Source: Microcoleus sp.
Lineage (GTDB): Bacteria > Cyanobacteriota > Cyanobacteriia > Cyanobacteriales > Microcoleaceae
Assembly: GCA_052279835.1 (NCBI GenBank)
Contig: CP181291.1
Coordinates: forward strand, 3,616,001-3,680,000
Length of the DNA: 64,000 nt
Reading direction: 5' to 3'
The notes under the pieces were generated by a model. The model did no database searches, had not been told where the DNA came from, and saw nothing but the letters and a program-made list of their open reading frames with translations. Position numbers and translations under genes: made by a program. Each line of letters starts with the position of its first letter. Position 1 is the stretch's first letter. This document shows positions 19,908-29,771 of the stretch, one piece after another.

Positions 19908-21002
19908 TCACAAAACCTCCCTTAGTCCTAAACCTAAAGCTACTCCTAAACCTGCTCGCTGTTCTGGGCTAATTTCTTCGCTGACTTCGAGTCCTAGGGT
20001 GTCGATGGGATCTACTTGAGAAGCTGGCAAGCTTAATCTTTGCATGAAAAATTCATCTAGTTTGCCGATCGCAGCTCCTGGCCCTGCTAACAGGAGTTGT
20101 GCTACTTCTAGTTCTTCGCTCTGGTTGAGATAAAAGTCTACTGAACGACGCAGTTCGTCTGCGAGTTCTCCCAAGACCTTAATCATCGCATTTGTACCCG
20201 GATTTGCATCCCCTGATGTCCCCATTGTATCTGTTACTGGTAAGGTCATGCCTTGTAGTTCGCTGGTGTCTCTGGTTGGTGGCAGATTCATGGCTTCGTT
20301 GAGGGCAGTCTGGATTTGGTAAGTGCCGATCGGGATGGTACGGTTGAATTGTGGTATGCCGTCCACTACTATAGCTAACTCGGTGCTGTCAAATTCTATA
20401 TCTGTCAAGACTGCTGCCTCTTGGGAGGAAAATTGTTGCAGTTGGTCTTTGAGGGTGCGGATCAGGGCAAAGCTGGTTACTTCTAGCACGTCTATAATCA
20501 GTCCGGCTTCTTTGAAGGTTTCTAGATAGGTGTCTGTCACTTCTTTGCGGGTTGCTACGAGTACAACTTGCACTTTTTCTACGCCGTCGTCATCGACAAA
20601 TAGGCCGATTTTTTGATAGTCTACGTCGGCATCTTCTCTGGGAAATGGCAAGTATAGCCCTGCTTCTGAATTCATGTATTCCCGCAGTTCTTCGTTGTTG
20701 AGTTCTGATGGGACTGGAATTAAACGAATGACGGCTTCCCGTCCGGGAATGGCTGTGGCTACGTGCTTGGCTTTGATTTTGTTTTCGGCGAGGACTGAAC
20801 GTATCAGTTCTGCCATCCCTGGCGGGTCGGCTATTTGTCCTTCTTGTACTATGTCTTCTGGTACTTCTATGGAGGCTAATGTGGCTATTTTTAATGCCTG
20901 AGCTTTCTTTTCCAGTTGAATGATGTTGATGCGGTCTGAGGCTAGTTCGATGCCGATTCCGGGCTGGCGTCTGGAAATTAGATTTTTGAAAAAGTTAACC
21001 AT
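19908..21002 (-). CDS. pilM: Type IV pilus assembly protein PilM
   Basis: GIGIEL, YLPFPREDADVDY, ELRRSVDFY, LLLAGPGA, GLGLREV; likely start MVNFFKN at 21002. Confidence 0.93.
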   Translation of the reverse strand: MVNFFKNLISRRQPGIGIELASDRINIIQLEKKAQALKIATLASIEVPEDIVQEGQIADPPGMAELIRSVLAENKIKAKHVATAIPGREAVIRLIPVPSELNNEELREYMNSEAGLYLPFPREDADVDYQKIGLFVDDDGVEKVQVVLVATRKEVTDTYLETFKEAGLIIDVLEVTSFALIRTLKDQLQQFSSQEAAVLTDIEFDSTELAIVVDGIPQFNRTIPIGTYQIQTALNEAMNLPPTRDTSELQGMTLPVTDTMGTSGDANPGTNAMIKVLGELADELRRSVDFYLNQSEELEVAQLLLAGPGAAIGKLDEFFMQRLSLPASQVDPIDTLGLEVSEEISPEQRAGLGVALGLGLREVL

Positions 21003-21308
21003 GTGATTGGGTCGCTGGTAATTGCTATTTTCTTTAACTTGTGCTTGGCCAGCCTGAGTCAGCAGTTGGCTGTGGGAAACTTTGTTTCCACGCGGCGAGG
21101 GTGCTGACATCTCGCTATTGGGCAGTACCTAAACGGTGGCCACTGTGTGTGTTGCGCGATTGTCCGATTTTATCCTATCCAATCTACTTGAGATTGAGCA
21201 TTCTGGTGTGAATGTCAACAAATTTCAACTTGGGTCGATCGACCCCCTGGCCAATTCTGGAAATCACCCAGAGGAATTACCTAATAGTTAAAACAAGGAG
21301 GCAGAAAG

Positions 21309-22592
21309 ATGAAACGTAAATCTTGGCAATTATTTACTATTTTTGGGCTAGTGGGGCTACTGTTGTCTGCATTGGTCAGTTGTGGCAAGCCTGCTGTTAA
21401 TTCCCAAACCCAAAATTCGGCGGCTCTTGAGTTCTGGACTATGCAACTGCAACCTCAGTTTACGGAATATTTCAATCAGACGATCGCCAATTTTGAAAAG
21501 GAAAATCCGACCGTGAAGGTGCGCTGGGTCGATGTCCCTTGGTCGGCGATGGAAAGTAAGATTTTGGGGGCTGTTTCGGCTAAAACTGCCCCGGATGTGG
21601 TTAACCTCAATCCTGATTTTGCGTCGCTGTTGGCGGGCCGCAATGCTTGGCTGGATTTGGATGCTCGGATACCGGAGCAAGTGCGATCGACCTATCTCCC
21701 AAATATCTGGAAATCTGGCGTTCTCGATGGCAAGAGTTTTGGTATTCCTTGGTATCTCACAACTGGGGTAACAATTTATAATACGGATTTGTTGAAAAAA
21801 GCGGGAATTGATAAGCCTCCTACTACTTATACTGAGTTGGCTCAAGTAGCAAAACAGGTGAAGCAGAAGACTGGTAAGTTTGCTTTTTTTGTGACTTTTG
21901 TACCGGAGGATTCGGCGGAGGTTTTGCAATCTTTGGTGCAGATGGGTGTCACTTTGGTTGATGCTCAAGGTAAGGCTGCTTTTAATAACGATAAAGGTAA
22001 GGCTGCTTTTGAGTATTGGGTTGATTTGTACAAGGGTGGATTTTTGCCCCAGGATGTTTTGGTGCAGGGCCATCGTCGAGCGATCGAGCTTTATCAATCT
22101 GGGGATACTGCTTTGTTGGCTTCTGGACCTCAATTTTTGAAGGCGATCGCCGAGAATGCTCCTAGTATAGGTGCTGTTTCGGCTGTGGCTCCTCAAATTA
22201 CTGGTCCAAACGGCAAGAAGACTGTGGCGGTGATGAATTTGGTGGTGCCTCGCGACAGCAAGCGCCCTGATGATGCTGTCAAGTTTGCTTTGTTTGTGAC
22301 TAATTCTCAGAATCAGTTGGCTTTTGCTAAGGCTGCTAATGTTTTGCCTTCTAATGTTGATGCTTTAAAGGACTCTTATTTTAAGAGTCTACCGCCTGAC
22401 GCTCCTACTGCCGATCGAGCTCGGATTGTCAGTGCTTCTGGGTTGGAAAAAGCTGAGTTGTTGATTCCGCCTCTGAAGGATGTTAAGAAGTTGCAAAAGG
22501 CAATTTATGACAATTTGCAAGCGGCTATGTTGGCGGAGAAGTCGGTAGAGCAAGCTGTGGCTGATGCGGCAACTGCTTGGGATCAAAGGTAG
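21309..22592 (+). CDS. Sugar ABC transporter substrate-binding lipoprotein
   Basis: Lipobox LVSC, EFWTMQL, APDVVNLNP, GIPWY...YNTDLLKKAG. Confidence 0.88.
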   Translation: MKRKSWQLFTIFGLVGLLLSALVSCGKPAVNSQTQNSAALEFWTMQLQPQFTEYFNQTIANFEKENPTVKVRWVDVPWSAMESKILGAVSAKTAPDVVNLNPDFASLLAGRNAWLDLDARIPEQVRSTYLPNIWKSGVLDGKSFGIPWYLTTGVTIYNTDLLKKAGIDKPPTTYTELAQVAKQVKQKTGKFAFFVTFVPEDSAEVLQSLVQMGVTLVDAQGKAAFNNDKGKAAFEYWVDLYKGGFLPQDVLVQGHRRAIELYQSGDTALLASGPQFLKAIAENAPSIGAVSAVAPQITGPNGKKTVAVMNLVVPRDSKRPDDAVKFALFVTNSQNQLAFAKAANVLPSNVDALKDSYFKSLPPDAPTADRARIVSASGLEKAELLIPPLKDVKKLQKAIYDNLQAAMLAEKSVEQAVADAATAWDQR

Positions 22593-22603
22593 CAAATATA
22601 TCC

Positions 22604-22678
22604 GTAGGGGCGAAGCATTCCGGCAGTATGTCTCTGCTTCTGACTAATAAATTATCTGCCGGAATGCTTCGCCCCTAC
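22604..22678. repeat. GTAG-type REP palindrome, perfect 23-bp arms
   Basis: GTAGGGGCGAAGCATTCCGGCAG (22604-22626) / CTGCCGGAATGCTTCGCCCCTAC (22656-22678). Confidence 0.9.
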
Positions 22679-22724
22679 AAAATTGGGATGCACGCGGATT
22701 TTTTTTGGCGATCGCCCCTTGCTT

Positions 22725-23156
22725 TCAATTTTGAATTGTCCAGTCTTGCAGCACTAAACCAGCTAATTGCGAAAAATCTCGGTAGTTGCGCGTAACGAGG
22801 ATAGCATTATTAGCAAGTACAATAGCAGCAATCCGCAAATCTTGCGTGCCGATGCGTATTCTTTGACGGCGGAATTCTTTGTAAATAGTCGAAGCATTCT
22901 CGTCAAATTTCAGGATATTGAGAAGTTTGAAATCCTCTAATGTATCCCATAACCTGCCGTAAGCCAATACTAATTTGTCAGTTTGCGAAGGTTCAGAAGC
23001 CTGTCTGATAACATTGAACCTGCCGCGAATTACTTCCTCTACTGTTACGATAGTTACAGCAATGTTTTCTGCGTTAATCCCGACGCGCTGCACCATCGTT
23101 GGATGGTTTTGTTGCCAAAGCGAGAAACAATCCGTATCAAGTATGTATCGGCTCAT
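22725..23156 (-). CDS. vapC: VapC-family PIN domain toxin
   Basis: YILDTD, VTVEE, QDLRIAAIVL, LVTRNYRDF. Confidence 0.9.
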   Translation of the reverse strand: MSRYILDTDCFSLWQQNHPTMVQRVGINAENIAVTIVTVEEVIRGRFNVIRQASEPSQTDKLVLAYGRLWDTLEDFKLLNILKFDENASTIYKEFRRQRIRIGTQDLRIAAIVLANNAILVTRNYRDFSQLAGLVLQDWTIQN

Positions 23157-23878
23157 TTTGCCTCAGCTTCAGCGTCTACTTGACGATAATAGGCTTCTGT
23201 TTCTGCATCGAGCTCGCGGCGATATTCTTCTATGTGTGCCAATACTTCATCGTATTGCGGATCGTTTTCATACTTACCAGCCAAGCTTACCCAAGGATTG
23301 TTCGATCGACTATAAGTGAGTTTGACAGAGACGATTTCTGCTTCGGCTAGCTGGGAATTTACTAAATCTTGCAGGTTTTGCAATGCTTGCGATCGCGTTT
23401 CGCCAAAAGCTTTACATTCTGGCCATCCCAGCAATGCAGCACTGACTGTTCTGTCTGATTCATTTTTAATAATTATGCGATAAGTTGAATTATCGAATTC
23501 GCCTCCAAGATTAGTGCTATCTGCTGCGCGAATGTCGCAGGTAGTGTTACCTGTTAAGAGTGTTTTTGTCTTGACTGTCTGCTTGCTGTTTTCCTGGCGC
23601 GACTTTTCTCTTTCTCCCATGATAAGCGGGTCTGCTTTGATAACCGCGTCAAGAAAATAGGTTATGTTTACTCTACGCTTGGTGTTTCCCGGGCCTAAAT
23701 ATTCTATTGCTGGCCGGATTGGCGAGTCAAGAGCTACATTGACTGTAGAATCGATGTTTTCCTGACGCTGCTTGATTATGTTTCGCCTGAACAGCTCATC
23801 AAATAGTAAAGTTTGCTCTTGGGCTGGCAAAGCTTCTATATATTCAATTAGTCTTTGCACCGATATAAGGCTGCTCAT
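23153..23878 (-). CDS. Putative antitoxin with HicB-like C-terminal half and extra N-terminal region
   Basis: YRIIIK...AALLGWPECKAFGETRSQALQNL resembles HicB-type folds; 4-bp overlap with the PIN gene. Confidence 0.65.
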   Translation of the reverse strand: MSSLISVQRLIEYIEALPAQEQTLLFDELFRRNIIKQRQENIDSTVNVALDSPIRPAIEYLGPGNTKRRVNITYFLDAVIKADPLIMGEREKSRQENSKQTVKTKTLLTGNTTCDIRAADSTNLGGEFDNSTYRIIIKNESDRTVSAALLGWPECKAFGETRSQALQNLQDLVNSQLAEAEIVSVKLTYSRSNNPWVSLAGKYENDPQYDEVLAHIEEYRRELDAETEAYYRQVDAEAEAK

Positions 23879-24145
23879 AAACTTCTGTACTCTAAACTTG
23901 TCTCAACTCACTTGTATTGTAACAAATGAACACCGATGAATTTAGGATGTTTTAGGCTGGGATGGGCGATCGCCAATCGCCTAATTTATTTTGGTTTTTC
24001 CTATTGCAATTTAGCGGGATTTGACATATCATATCATCATGGGAATCTGTGCCCGCATATAAGCTAGCTGTGCCTTAAGTTTGAATATAATTTCCACCGC
24101 AGATGATGGCGGATGGAAGCAGATAGAAGACTGATATTTTTAGAG

Positions 24146-25402
24146 TTAGGTTGTTTGTAGTTGGAGAAAGTGACCGACTAGGTAAAGGGAACCGCAAAGG
24201 ACTGTTAAGTTTTTGTCTGTTACAGCAGTGTCTAAGGCTGTTGTTAAGTTGGGGAAGGTTTGGCAGAGTGTTAATTCTCGACAGATGTTTTGGGCGAGGG
24301 CTGCTAATTCTGTTGGTGGTGTGGAATTTTGGTCGGGTACGGGTACTAGATAAAGTCGATCGCCCTTTTTGAGTAATGCTTTTAATATATCATCGCTGTC
24401 TTTAGTAGCCAGAATGCCGATTACCCAGTTAATCGGTTGCTGATTATTAAATTTATCCACATATTCGCGCAACGCAATCGCGGCGGCTGGGTTGTGCGCG
24501 CCGTCGATTAATATTTTCTGGTTTTTCCAAGTTGTTTGTTGGAGTCTTCCTCGCCATTGGGTTTTGGCAATACCGTTTTCAATCGCAGTTTGGGATATTT
24601 GCCAGCCTCTGTGTTGCAGAGTTTGGATAGTTGCGATCGCCATTGCTGAATTCATCAGTTGAATGTTTCCCAGCAATGGCAATTGATATCTTATTTTAAC
24701 GCCATTTTGAGGTAACTGATATTCGGCTAATCCTTGTCCTAAATCTAGGGCGGGTTTTACCCATGTTGTCGGACAGTCTAATTGTTGAATGCGTTTTTCT
24801 ATGACTATTCTAGCCTCTTCTGGCAATTCTCCGATAATAGCCGGACAATTTGCTTTGAGGATGCCGGCTTTTTCCCCAGCAATGTCGGCGATGGTTGGGC
24901 CAAGTATTTGCCAATGTTCGAGGCTAATGGATGTGATGACGCAGGCGAGGGGTGTTTGACAAACATTAGTCGCGTCTAGTCTTCCTCCCAATCCAGTTTC
25001 GATGATGGCGATGTCTGTTTTTTGTTCGGCGAAGTACAGCCAAGCTGCTGCTGTGATGATTTCAAATTGGGTGGGGGTTTCGGTGTTGTTTTGGGTGGTG
25101 GCGATTACTCGTTTGAGGTATGCTTGTAGTTCTGTTTGGGAAATTGGTTTTTGGTTGATGCAAATTCTTTCTGTCCAATCAATTAAGTGCGGGGATGTGT
25201 AGCGCCCGACTCGATATCCTGCTGCGGTTAATATTGAGGATAGGTAAGCGCAAACGGAACCTTTCCCATTTGTGCCGGCGACGTGGATGATGGGGAATTT
25301 TTTCTGGGGATTATCTAGTTTTTCGAGAAGCTGGTTGATTCTTTCGAGACCGAGATGGACGCCGAAATGTTGGTATGATTGGAGGAGGGAACTTGCATTC
25401 AT
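24146..25402 (-). CDS. folC: Folylpolyglutamate synthase / dihydrofolate synthase
   Basis: HVAGTNGKGS, YTSPHL, ETGLGGRLDATN, EKAGI, DGAHN, CGSLYLVG. Confidence 0.96.
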   Translation of the reverse strand: MNASSLLQSYQHFGVHLGLERINQLLEKLDNPQKKFPIIHVAGTNGKGSVCAYLSSILTAAGYRVGRYTSPHLIDWTERICINQKPISQTELQAYLKRVIATTQNNTETPTQFEIITAAAWLYFAEQKTDIAIIETGLGGRLDATNVCQTPLACVITSISLEHWQILGPTIADIAGEKAGILKANCPAIIGELPEEARIVIEKRIQQLDCPTTWVKPALDLGQGLAEYQLPQNGVKIRYQLPLLGNIQLMNSAMAIATIQTLQHRGWQISQTAIENGIAKTQWRGRLQQTTWKNQKILIDGAHNPAAAIALREYVDKFNNQQPINWVIGILATKDSDDILKALLKKGDRLYLVPVPDQNSTPPTELAALAQNICRELTLCQTFPNLTTALDTAVTDKNLTVLCGSLYLVGHFLQLQTT

Positions 25403-25482
25403 TGAGGTGGGAGTTTTTTACGAACCGCGAAGGCGCGAAGGGCGCGAAGGAAGAAAGAAGAAAGAAGATAGATGTTAATTAT

Positions 25483-26538
25483 ATGAATATTATTTCTCTG
25501 TTTGCGGGTTGTGGTGGGTTGGATTTGGGTTTTCGTCTGGCTGGGTTTAATCCGGTTTGGGCTAATGAATATGATAAGTCTATTTGGGATACCTATCAAT
25601 TTAACCATACTAACACTTTGTTAGATCGCAGAGATATCCGCCAAATCAATTCGGAGGAAGTTCCTGATTGTGTCGGGATAATCGGTGGGCCTCCTTGTCA
25701 AAGTTGGAGTGCGGCTGGTGCGAAACGCGGTATTGATGACTGTCGCGGTCAGCTTTTTTGGGATTATATCAGAATTGTGCGCGACAAGCAGCCTTTGTTT
25801 TTCTTGGCGGAGAATGTCAGTGGCATTTTAGCTCCTAGAAACAGAGATGCTTTTACTTATATATTATCGGAATTTGAGGAAATTGGTTATCGGGTTTCCT
25901 TCAAGTTGTTGAATGCTAGAAGTTTTGGTGTACCGCAAGATAGGCAAAGGGTGATTGTGGTTGGTTATCGGGAAATTCTGGGTTTTGGTTTTGAGTTTCC
26001 CGCACCTGGAAATGAGGTTTTGACTTTGCGAGATGCGATTGGTGATTTGGAGTCGATCGCACCTATGGCTGTTCAAGGTAAGTTAGATAAGTATCACTCG
26101 CTAATTGCCAATCATGAATGTGCTGATTTGGGATTTTCGAGTATTTATATGTCGCGAAATCGAGTTAGAAGTTGGTCCGAACCTTCTTTTACAATTCAGG
26201 CTAGCGGCCGACACGCGCCTATCCATCCTCAAGCTAATAAAATGATTTTGATTGCGAAGGACAAACGTATTTTTGACCCGACTTCGCCTCAGCCTTACCG
26301 CCGACTTTCGGTGAGGGAATGTGCGAGAGTTCAGACGTTTCCCGATGATTTTATTTTTAAGTATAAGCAGATTGCTGATGGATACAAAATGGTAGGGAAT
26401 GCTGTTCCGGTAAATTTTGCTAGAGTTTTGGCTAGTAAGATTTTTGAGGATATTGGTATCTTTCATAAGGTATCGGGCATGGTGGAACAAAAGTATGATA
26501 ATCAGTCCTGGATGCAAAAAACCGCTTTCTTAACATAA
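25483..26538 (+). CDS. DNA (cytosine-5)-methyltransferase, M.HaeIII-like (probable GGCC)
   Basis: SLFAGCGG, GGPPCQ, ENV, QDRQRV, MSRNRVRSW..PSFTIQASGR, GYKMVGNAVP; closely recalls M.HaeIII including the target-recognition region. Confidence 0.88.
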   Translation: MNIISLFAGCGGLDLGFRLAGFNPVWANEYDKSIWDTYQFNHTNTLLDRRDIRQINSEEVPDCVGIIGGPPCQSWSAAGAKRGIDDCRGQLFWDYIRIVRDKQPLFFLAENVSGILAPRNRDAFTYILSEFEEIGYRVSFKLLNARSFGVPQDRQRVIVVGYREILGFGFEFPAPGNEVLTLRDAIGDLESIAPMAVQGKLDKYHSLIANHECADLGFSSIYMSRNRVRSWSEPSFTIQASGRHAPIHPQANKMILIAKDKRIFDPTSPQPYRRLSVRECARVQTFPDDFIFKYKQIADGYKMVGNAVPVNFARVLASKIFEDIGIFHKVSGMVEQKYDNQSWMQKTAFLT

Positions 26539-26617
26539 TTGCGTGATTTGAGGTTGACAACAATCGCGATAAACCTGTTTTTTTTATAGTGCGCCTAGGA
26601 CTGACTAATATTTTTGG

Positions 26618-27166
26618 TTAATTTTGCCATTGTTTATCTATCGTAAAATTGCGCATATTTTTTAAAATAAATACTTGATTTTCTTTGATTAAGTCTCCTG
26701 TACAGAAAACGGGTAAGCGTTCTTGATAAGCTTTGATAGCAAGGATATAGTTTTTGTCTGCAAGTTCCGTTTTGATTTTTCGCAGTTGGTCGGCAATGAC
26801 ACCTAGTAAGGTAATGTCGCCACTTAATTTGTCGGCGTTAGGAGTGTGAATTTGGATCACGATTCCCTGAATAGTTGTATTAGGAAGCCCGGTAATTAAG
26901 TCGGCTAAAATTTCCAGTTGAGAGCGATTTTCGATAGCCTCTAATGTCTCTAGCATCAAGTTCATTGACACGGGAAAGTCAGGAAGAGCAGAATTTAAAG
27001 GTAGAACGATTTGAGGGGATTCTGGCTTGATATTGCTGCTTGTCCAAATAATAGCGCGGCTGTCAATTTGTTGCGCTTGTTTCCAACCTTTTGCTTCTAA
27101 GTAGTAACTGATTTGCTGAGGTTGGAGGTTTTTGAGCAATTCAATATCCTTAATTGTCACATTCAT
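26618..27166 (-). CDS. Hypothetical protein, translationally coupled to DUF4365 gene
   Basis: 182-aa ORF with ATGA overlap with the upstream gene. Confidence 0.7.
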   Translation of the reverse strand: MNVTIKDIELLKNLQPQQISYYLEAKGWKQAQQIDSRAIIWTSSNIKPESPQIVLPLNSALPDFPVSMNLMLETLEAIENRSQLEILADLITGLPNTTIQGIVIQIHTPNADKLSGDITLLGVIADQLRKIKTELADKNYILAIKAYQERLPVFCTGDLIKENQVFILKNMRNFTIDKQWQN

Positions 27167-27666
27167 AGTTGTCTCCCGGTTGCGATACGCTGCATGATAG
27201 TTATCAGAGTCTCAGCCGAAAATATATTTGTTCTGGGTATGGCAATAGTGACGGTTTCTTTATTGTCAGTAGGTTCTGCTCCTTCTAATGATATCCAATA
27301 AGCGCAGCGTTTTAAGCAGAGTTCCACTTCTGTCTGTTGCAGCCAGTCATTGACTCGATCTGGAACAATGACCACAATTATAATTCTAGGAGGATAGGCG
27401 TTGCTTGCGCTCAATTCTTCGTAGTTTTTAATATTCAGGGGGTAGCGAAGGCTATTTTCGTTGAGGATATCTCTTGAGGTACATTTGACTTGAAGGTAAA
27501 GGATGGGAAAGTTTGGTAAACCTGATGTAGCTATTCCAGTAATAATTAGGTCTACACCCAGCTTGTCTAGAGGAGTAGTTGTTCGCTGACAGATGCACCC
27601 TGCTGCTGAGGCAACGGCGTAAACGTAGGCATAGCTGAATTCTTCTTTTTGGGTGTTGATGTCCAT
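27163..27666 (-). CDS. DUF4365-like PD-(D/E)xK nuclease-fold protein
   Basis: KEEFSYAY, D.GVD, LQVKCT, NYEEL, CAYWISL pattern. Confidence 0.75.
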   Translation of the reverse strand: MDINTQKEEFSYAYVYAVASAAGCICQRTTTPLDKLGVDLIITGIATSGLPNFPILYLQVKCTSRDILNENSLRYPLNIKNYEELSASNAYPPRIIIVVIVPDRVNDWLQQTEVELCLKRCAYWISLEGAEPTDNKETVTIAIPRTNIFSAETLITIMQRIATGRQL

Positions 27667-27838
27667 TAAACTGCTACTACAATTTGGTTGCCATAAAGTA
27701 ATGATATAACACCAAATAAGATTATAAAACTCTGCTATATAAAGTTAATGCGCGTCAATCAAAATACTTTTTAAACAATCCCAAATCTATTCACAATTAC
27801 GCACCCTAAATCGCTTTGAAAGCAGATTAACGGTCGCC

Positions 27839-29077
27839 CTAGCTGTAAAGTTGATCGAGTTTTAAGAAGGTTTGCAGCAGCGCATTTACTCCCTGAGTAC
27901 ACTGTTCTGGGGATGTATATTCATCTTCTGCATGGCTGATGCCGCCGCGAGAAGCCACGAAAATCATCCCCATATCGGCAAACCGTCCGATTTCTTGGGC
28001 ATCGTGTCCAGCCCTGCTGATTAAATATGTTGAACTCAATCCTAGTTCTTGGCAAACTTCGGCGATCGCATTTTGAATCTTTGGTGCTGCTAATGTCGGC
28101 AATACGTGCAGCATTTCGGTCATTTCAACTTCGGTTTTGGTGGCTAGTGCGATCGCCCTAAACTCCTCTTTCATTTTAACTAACAATTCTTCCAAATTAG
28201 TTTGAGATATATCCCGCAAGTCGATTTTAAAATCCACTTTTCCTGGTACAATATTTGTAGCATTCGGCGACACGTTTAAATAGCCTACGGTTGCTACTTG
28301 TTCCCCCGCTGTTTCTACTCCCAGCTTGTTGACTGCTAGTACCATTTGTGCAGCAGCTACTAGGGCATCTTTGCGATCGTGCATGGGTGTGGAACCGGCA
28401 TGATTGGGGCGGCCCATTACCGTTACTGCGTAGCGGTACTGTCCGACAATGCCTTGAACTATGCCGATTTCATCCCCCGTAGTTTCCAAAACGCCTCCTT
28501 GTTCGACATGGAGTTCTACAAAAGCTGCTATTTCTTGGGGATGGCGTTTGGCCTCGGCAATTTTTGACCAATCTCCGCCAATTTGTGCTAAACAAGTTTC
28601 AATGGAAGTACCGTCGCTGCGCCGATAATATTCGGCATCGCTGACTGTATTCCCGGCCATCGCTTTGCAGCCGATGACGGTGTTTTCTTCGTCGGTAAAT
28701 ACGATTGTCTCGATGGGGTGTTCCAAGCGCAGGTTGTTTTCATGCAGTACCCGCACGACTTCAATCCCTGCTAAAACTCCCAAAACTCCGTCGTAATGAC
28801 CCCCCACGGGAACTGTGTCAATGTGAGAACCCGTGGCTATAGCTGGACCCTCGCCCTTTCCCGGATATCGGCCGATCATATTCCCCGCGGCGTCAATCCG
28901 AACTGTCATCCCTGCTTCTACCATCCAAGACTCAACGAGTTGGCGGGCGAGTAAATCTTCTTTGGTAAAAGCTACTCTGCTGACTCCTCCTCCCGGCAAT
29001 TTGCCGATTTGGGCGAGTTGAGTAATGCTGCTGTTGAGGCGGCCGCCGTTGACTGCAAGTGTTAATGTAAGTGTCAT
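27839..29077 (-). CDS. Zn-dependent M20 amidohydrolase (allantoate amidohydrolase / carbamoylase family)
   Basis: TGSHIDTV..GG.YDGVLGV, DEE, ELHVEQG, NHAGSTPM, AGHDAQ, GISH; purine-catabolism context. Confidence 0.85.
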   Translation of the reverse strand: MTLTLTLAVNGGRLNSSITQLAQIGKLPGGGVSRVAFTKEDLLARQLVESWMVEAGMTVRIDAAGNMIGRYPGKGEGPAIATGSHIDTVPVGGHYDGVLGVLAGIEVVRVLHENNLRLEHPIETIVFTDEENTVIGCKAMAGNTVSDAEYYRRSDGTSIETCLAQIGGDWSKIAEAKRHPQEIAAFVELHVEQGGVLETTGDEIGIVQGIVGQYRYAVTVMGRPNHAGSTPMHDRKDALVAAAQMVLAVNKLGVETAGEQVATVGYLNVSPNATNIVPGKVDFKIDLRDISQTNLEELLVKMKEEFRAIALATKTEVEMTEMLHVLPTLAAPKIQNAIAEVCQELGLSSTYLISRAGHDAQEIGRFADMGMIFVASRGGISHAEDEYTSPEQCTQGVNALLQTFLKLDQLYS

Positions 29078-29111
29078 TTAAAGTTTTCCTATTGATTGAT
29101 TTAACTAATTG

Positions 29112-29128
29112 TTGTATACTGTATTCAA
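29112..29128. promoter_or_regulatory. Putative GntR operator TTGTATACTGTATTCAA
   Basis: Near-perfect palindrome; related copies at 35509-35523, 35536-35550 and 35726-35740. Confidence 0.6.
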
Positions 29129-29152
29129 TATCATTTAAATGCGCGAGATAAT

Positions 29153-29166
29153 GTAGCCTTGCTTAC
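29153..29166. promoter_or_regulatory. Putative NtcA box GTA-GCCTTGCT-TAC
   Basis: Exact GTA-N8-TAC in the divergent intergenic region of the amidohydrolase and GGCT-like genes. Confidence 0.55.
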
Positions 29167-29281
29167 CAAAAATGATAGCTTTGGCAATTTAACTGATATC
29201 GCTAAAATACAGGAGGGAAAATCAAGGCGATCGCGACGATTTAACTGTACAAAAAAAGCACAATTTTTAGATCTGGTGTAT

Positions 29282-29698
29282 ATGAGTCAAACAGCAATTG
29301 CAACTAAACGAGTGTTCATTTGCGGTTCGGCCCTTCGGGGTCAGCCGGACAACAGCAACCTCGGAGATGCTAAGTTTATTAGAGAAGCAAAAACTCGTCC
29401 GATTTACCGCCTGCATTCAGCAGAAAATGGCTGGCATCCTGCAATTTATGAAGTGGCTACCTCCGGTGTATCGATTCCGGGCGAAGTTTACGAATTATCG
29501 TCAGAGCAATTTGAACAGCTTGCTGCGGGAGAACCGCCGCATATGTATCCATCGGATGTGGTTTTGGAAGACGGGGAAGTGCTGACGGCTTTCTTGTACC
29601 CCCAGGAGTTGATTGAAAAGTACCAGTGGGAAGATATTTCCGATCGCGGTGGGTGGGCGGCTTATAAAGCCAGCGCGGTTAACCCAGCGCCAAATTAG
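29282..29698 (+). CDS. Gamma-glutamylcyclotransferase-fold protein resembling the allophanate hydrolase C-terminal domain
   Basis: VFICGSALRGQP, AKTRPIYRLHS, SIPGEVYEL, VVLEDG, DISDRGGWAAY. Confidence 0.7.
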   Translation: MSQTAIATKRVFICGSALRGQPDNSNLGDAKFIREAKTRPIYRLHSAENGWHPAIYEVATSGVSIPGEVYELSSEQFEQLAAGEPPHMYPSDVVLEDGEVLTAFLYPQELIEKYQWEDISDRGGWAAYKASAVNPAPN

Positions 29699-29771
29699 AC
29701 CGCCGTTGTGCCATGGAACTAAAGAAACCGGGTTTTTTGCTGATGTTATGGGTTTGAAGCAAATATGAGGG

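Noticed and set aside
21357..22196. 279-aa minus-strand ORF
   Set aside because: It is the antisense shadow of the sugar-binding protein gene, with no recognisable motifs. The same applies to most short overlapping ORFs in the track.
25483..26538. HIP1-associated (CGATCG) methyltransferase
   Set aside because: The target-recognition region resembles GGCC-specific M.HaeIII as I recall it. This needs REBASE confirmation.
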